Shown here: positions 61,710 to 64,000 of the stretch, piece after piece
How the letters are laid out: every line of letters starts with the position of its first letter
Numbering within the stretch: position 1 is the first letter of the stretch
Assembly: GCA_964016885.1 (NCBI GenBank)
Contig: OZ024741.1
Location: 310,496,001-310,560,000 of the forward strand
Reading direction: 5' to 3'
From: Eledone cirrhosa
Taxonomy: Eukaryota
Length of the DNA stretch: 64,000 nucleotides
The notes under the pieces: model-generated
The model's database searches: none
Told to the model about the DNA's origin: nothing
The model's input: the letters and a program-made list of their open reading frames with translations, nothing else
Program-made: the position numbers and the translations under genes

Positions 61710-63346
61710 TTACCTTTTCGTTTCCTGGCGGTCGAGTTGTTCGATCTCCATGTCCATATTGGTGGTGTTTGCGGAGGGAGGGAATCCTTTTAGCAGGAGA
61801 CGGTTAAGGGGCTTTTGGCAAGGGGGGCCCACATCATGTGGGAAGTTCTCTTTTAAAGTTTCATACTGTAGGGTTGTTACCCTGATAAGTTTGAGGTTTG
61901 GGGTGGGTCATTGGTGGGGAAGGTTTTCCCTTCCGTTTGTATTGTGGGGTCTTTTCGGACAGTTTCCACCAGTTCTTTGTTTCTTGTTTTTATGTATGTG
62001 TAATGTGTTTTGTTTTTTATGTGTACTGTTTCTGTTTGTAGTTTTCTTTTTGTGGTTGGAGTTTGTGATTGTGGTGGTGTGGGTGTTTGTTTTGTTGGTG
62101 AAGTGTTGGTGGTGATTGTGTTGTTGGTGTGTTTGCCGTTTGTGGCGGTGTGTTTATGGTGGGGTTGGGTGTGTGCGTCTTTTCTGTAGATGTTTTTGTG
62201 TCTTTTTTGTTTTTTAGATTTTTTGGGATTCTCTTCATTCTCACTTGAAGATGTAGAGGCTCCCGTGTCTGAGACTTCTGAATCAGGGGTAGATGGAAGC
62301 GGTATGTTGTGTGGTGGAGTGTTTGTGCAGGTGTTTGTGGAAGTATTTGACAGGGGGGGGGAGGCAATGGAGGGTTTTTCAGTGGGATTTTGTGTGTGGT
62401 TGTCTCTGGTCTGTGGTGGGGTGGGAGTGGATGTTGCAGGTGTTTGTGTTGTGCTTGGTTTGGAGTGTTGATGCTGGGGTTTTGGTGTTGGTGATAACAC
62501 CTTGTTTGTCCTCGGTTTGTTTAAGAAAGGGCAAAAGGCCTTTAAGTGTGTGGTTTATCTACACTTATGGCACTGACGTCTTTTCCCCTCCACTCAAATT
62601 GAGATAACATATTCCTGAAGGACGATCCTGTCCGGTATTTTCTCAACTCTCTCTGGCCTCATTTGTACCAGAACCTCGATGCAGGTTCCAAACCAGTTAC
62701 GCCGGTCTGTCCTGTCTACAGATAGGAGGGTGTCCTCATCCTTCTTCAGGATGCAGCGTAGGATCCACCATATGTTGACCTCTGTTGGGATCCTGGTTAT
62801 TTTTATTTTGTAGGATCTTCTTCCCATGTATGTGGGGAAGAAGATTTGTTGATCCGTTTTTATTGGGTGAACCGAGTGTTTTTGTGCCAGAGTTTCGCTC
62901 TTAAAGAGCACTGACCCAAATATTGGGACTTTTGGGGAATGTCGATGGAGTAGTATTTAAAATCTTGTTGCTGTAAATAAAATTTTGTTATTGTTGTTGT
63001 TGGTGGTGATGATGGTCTCATTCGTTGTGTTGCCACTGATTCCTTTTGTTGTGTTGTTGTTGATCTCATTTATTGTGTTGTTGTTGTTGTTGGTTGTGGT
63101 GGTGTTAGTGTTTGCTACACATACTTCCTTCCGTGTGTGGATACATGTGACGTTTGTGACGTTTGTGACGTTAGGCGTGTTCAGTTGCTTACAAGCAGCT
63201 GAAGTTTGTTCCTCTTCTAAATGTTGAGTCGATAATGTTGGCATTCCTTTGTCCATGTCTGCTACTACCTGCTGGTCAAGTAGGCATGGCTTTCCCTTTC
63301 CATCTTCTTGTTTTGACGGAGAAGTAGATGCCTTTGCTTCAGCCAT
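61710..63346 (-). pseudogene. G5 ORF1, disrupted
   Basis: LFKSETLAQKHS..FFPTYMG..NIWWIL homologous to T1/G1/G2 ORF1. Confidence 0.82.
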
Positions 63347-63597
63347 TTTTTAAAAATTGAAGTGTGTTGCAAACATTTTTTTCGAATATATTTTGGATGT
63401 TTTTGCCCTGAGGGGCACGATATTTTGGGAGACTGCCCAGAACAAAATTTGACCTGTCAGTCCCTCTACAAATTGGCATAAAATTAAAAGTTCACAATGA
63501 CGAATTTGTAAAGAAATTTAAACAAAACTTACCGAGCAAGTTGAACACATGTGTCCATCCCAGAGATAGATAGTTAGACAAATGGATAGATAGATAT

Positions 63598-64000
63598 CTT
63601 TCTTTATTTGCCACAGGGGCGTACAAAAATGGGACATTACAATGATGAATAACCATAAACTATATATAAAATAAAACAATCGAAACCCCCATTAGGGGGG
63701 AACGTTACTGCGGGGTTGTTTTACATCCCCGTGGATAGAACAACCATCAACACCAGGAACACGTGTTGTAGGTGTTCCCGTCTTCCCCCTGTTTATCTTC
63801 CTCAACCTACAGGTATAGATACAGAGAAGGCCCATTCACTCGGGCCATTTTCGCTACATTCAGCCACCTTTCAGCGAATTTACTGAGGTGTAGCCTCTCT
63901 CTCTCCACTCTCACCTTCCTTCTGTGGTACTTAAAGAAGGGGATAAGTTGTTGTCCGGAGAGAAAGATGTTTGCCCTCAGTCATTTTAACCTCGTCCACC
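63598..64000 (-). mobile_element. Tx1-like element G6, 3' end (continues beyond window)
   Basis: ORF2 C-terminus and 3'UTR ending CCCCTGTGGCAAATAAAGAAAG then TATC repeats 63564-63596. Confidence 0.9.

Larger units (their letters stand above)
58551..63562 (-). mobile_element. Tx1-like element G5, both ends present, decayed
   Basis: ORF1 61710-63346, ORF2 58668-61669; C-terminus deleted at ~58668; GATA spacers on both sides. Confidence 0.92.

Overview
This is eukaryotic, repeat-derived DNA with no recognisable host gene. The tRNA-derived SINE types and the extreme (TA)n/(CA)n/(TTA)n load suggest a cephalopod-like genome (inference). Block 1 (1-36.9 kb) is a gap-free array of non-LTR retrotransposons in which every junction is a short (TTA)n tract. 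It holds six Tx1-like (L1-group, APE-RT-CCHC) copies, all on +, and six R4/Dong-like (RT-CCHC-restriction-like endonuclease, RLE) copies of two families, all on -. Block 2 (37-47.5 kb) is an AT- and microsatellite-rich spacer with an RLE fragment, a decayed Penelope-like GIY-YIG fragment, non-coding repeats carrying minimal hammerhead ribozyme motifs, a foldback element, a SINE and an old LINE fragment. Block 3 (47.6-64 kb) is a second head-to-tail array of Tx1-like elements, all on -, spaced by (GATA)n instead of (TTA)n. Every element ORF seen in full is disrupted. Main leads: two unrelated clades share one microsatellite target with opposite polarity; Tx1 target choice appears to track endonuclease loop residues; a 5' splice-donor consensus is conserved at the ORF1 stop; several chimeras; and hammerhead motifs. 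All alignments and folds were read by eye, so boundaries are approximate.
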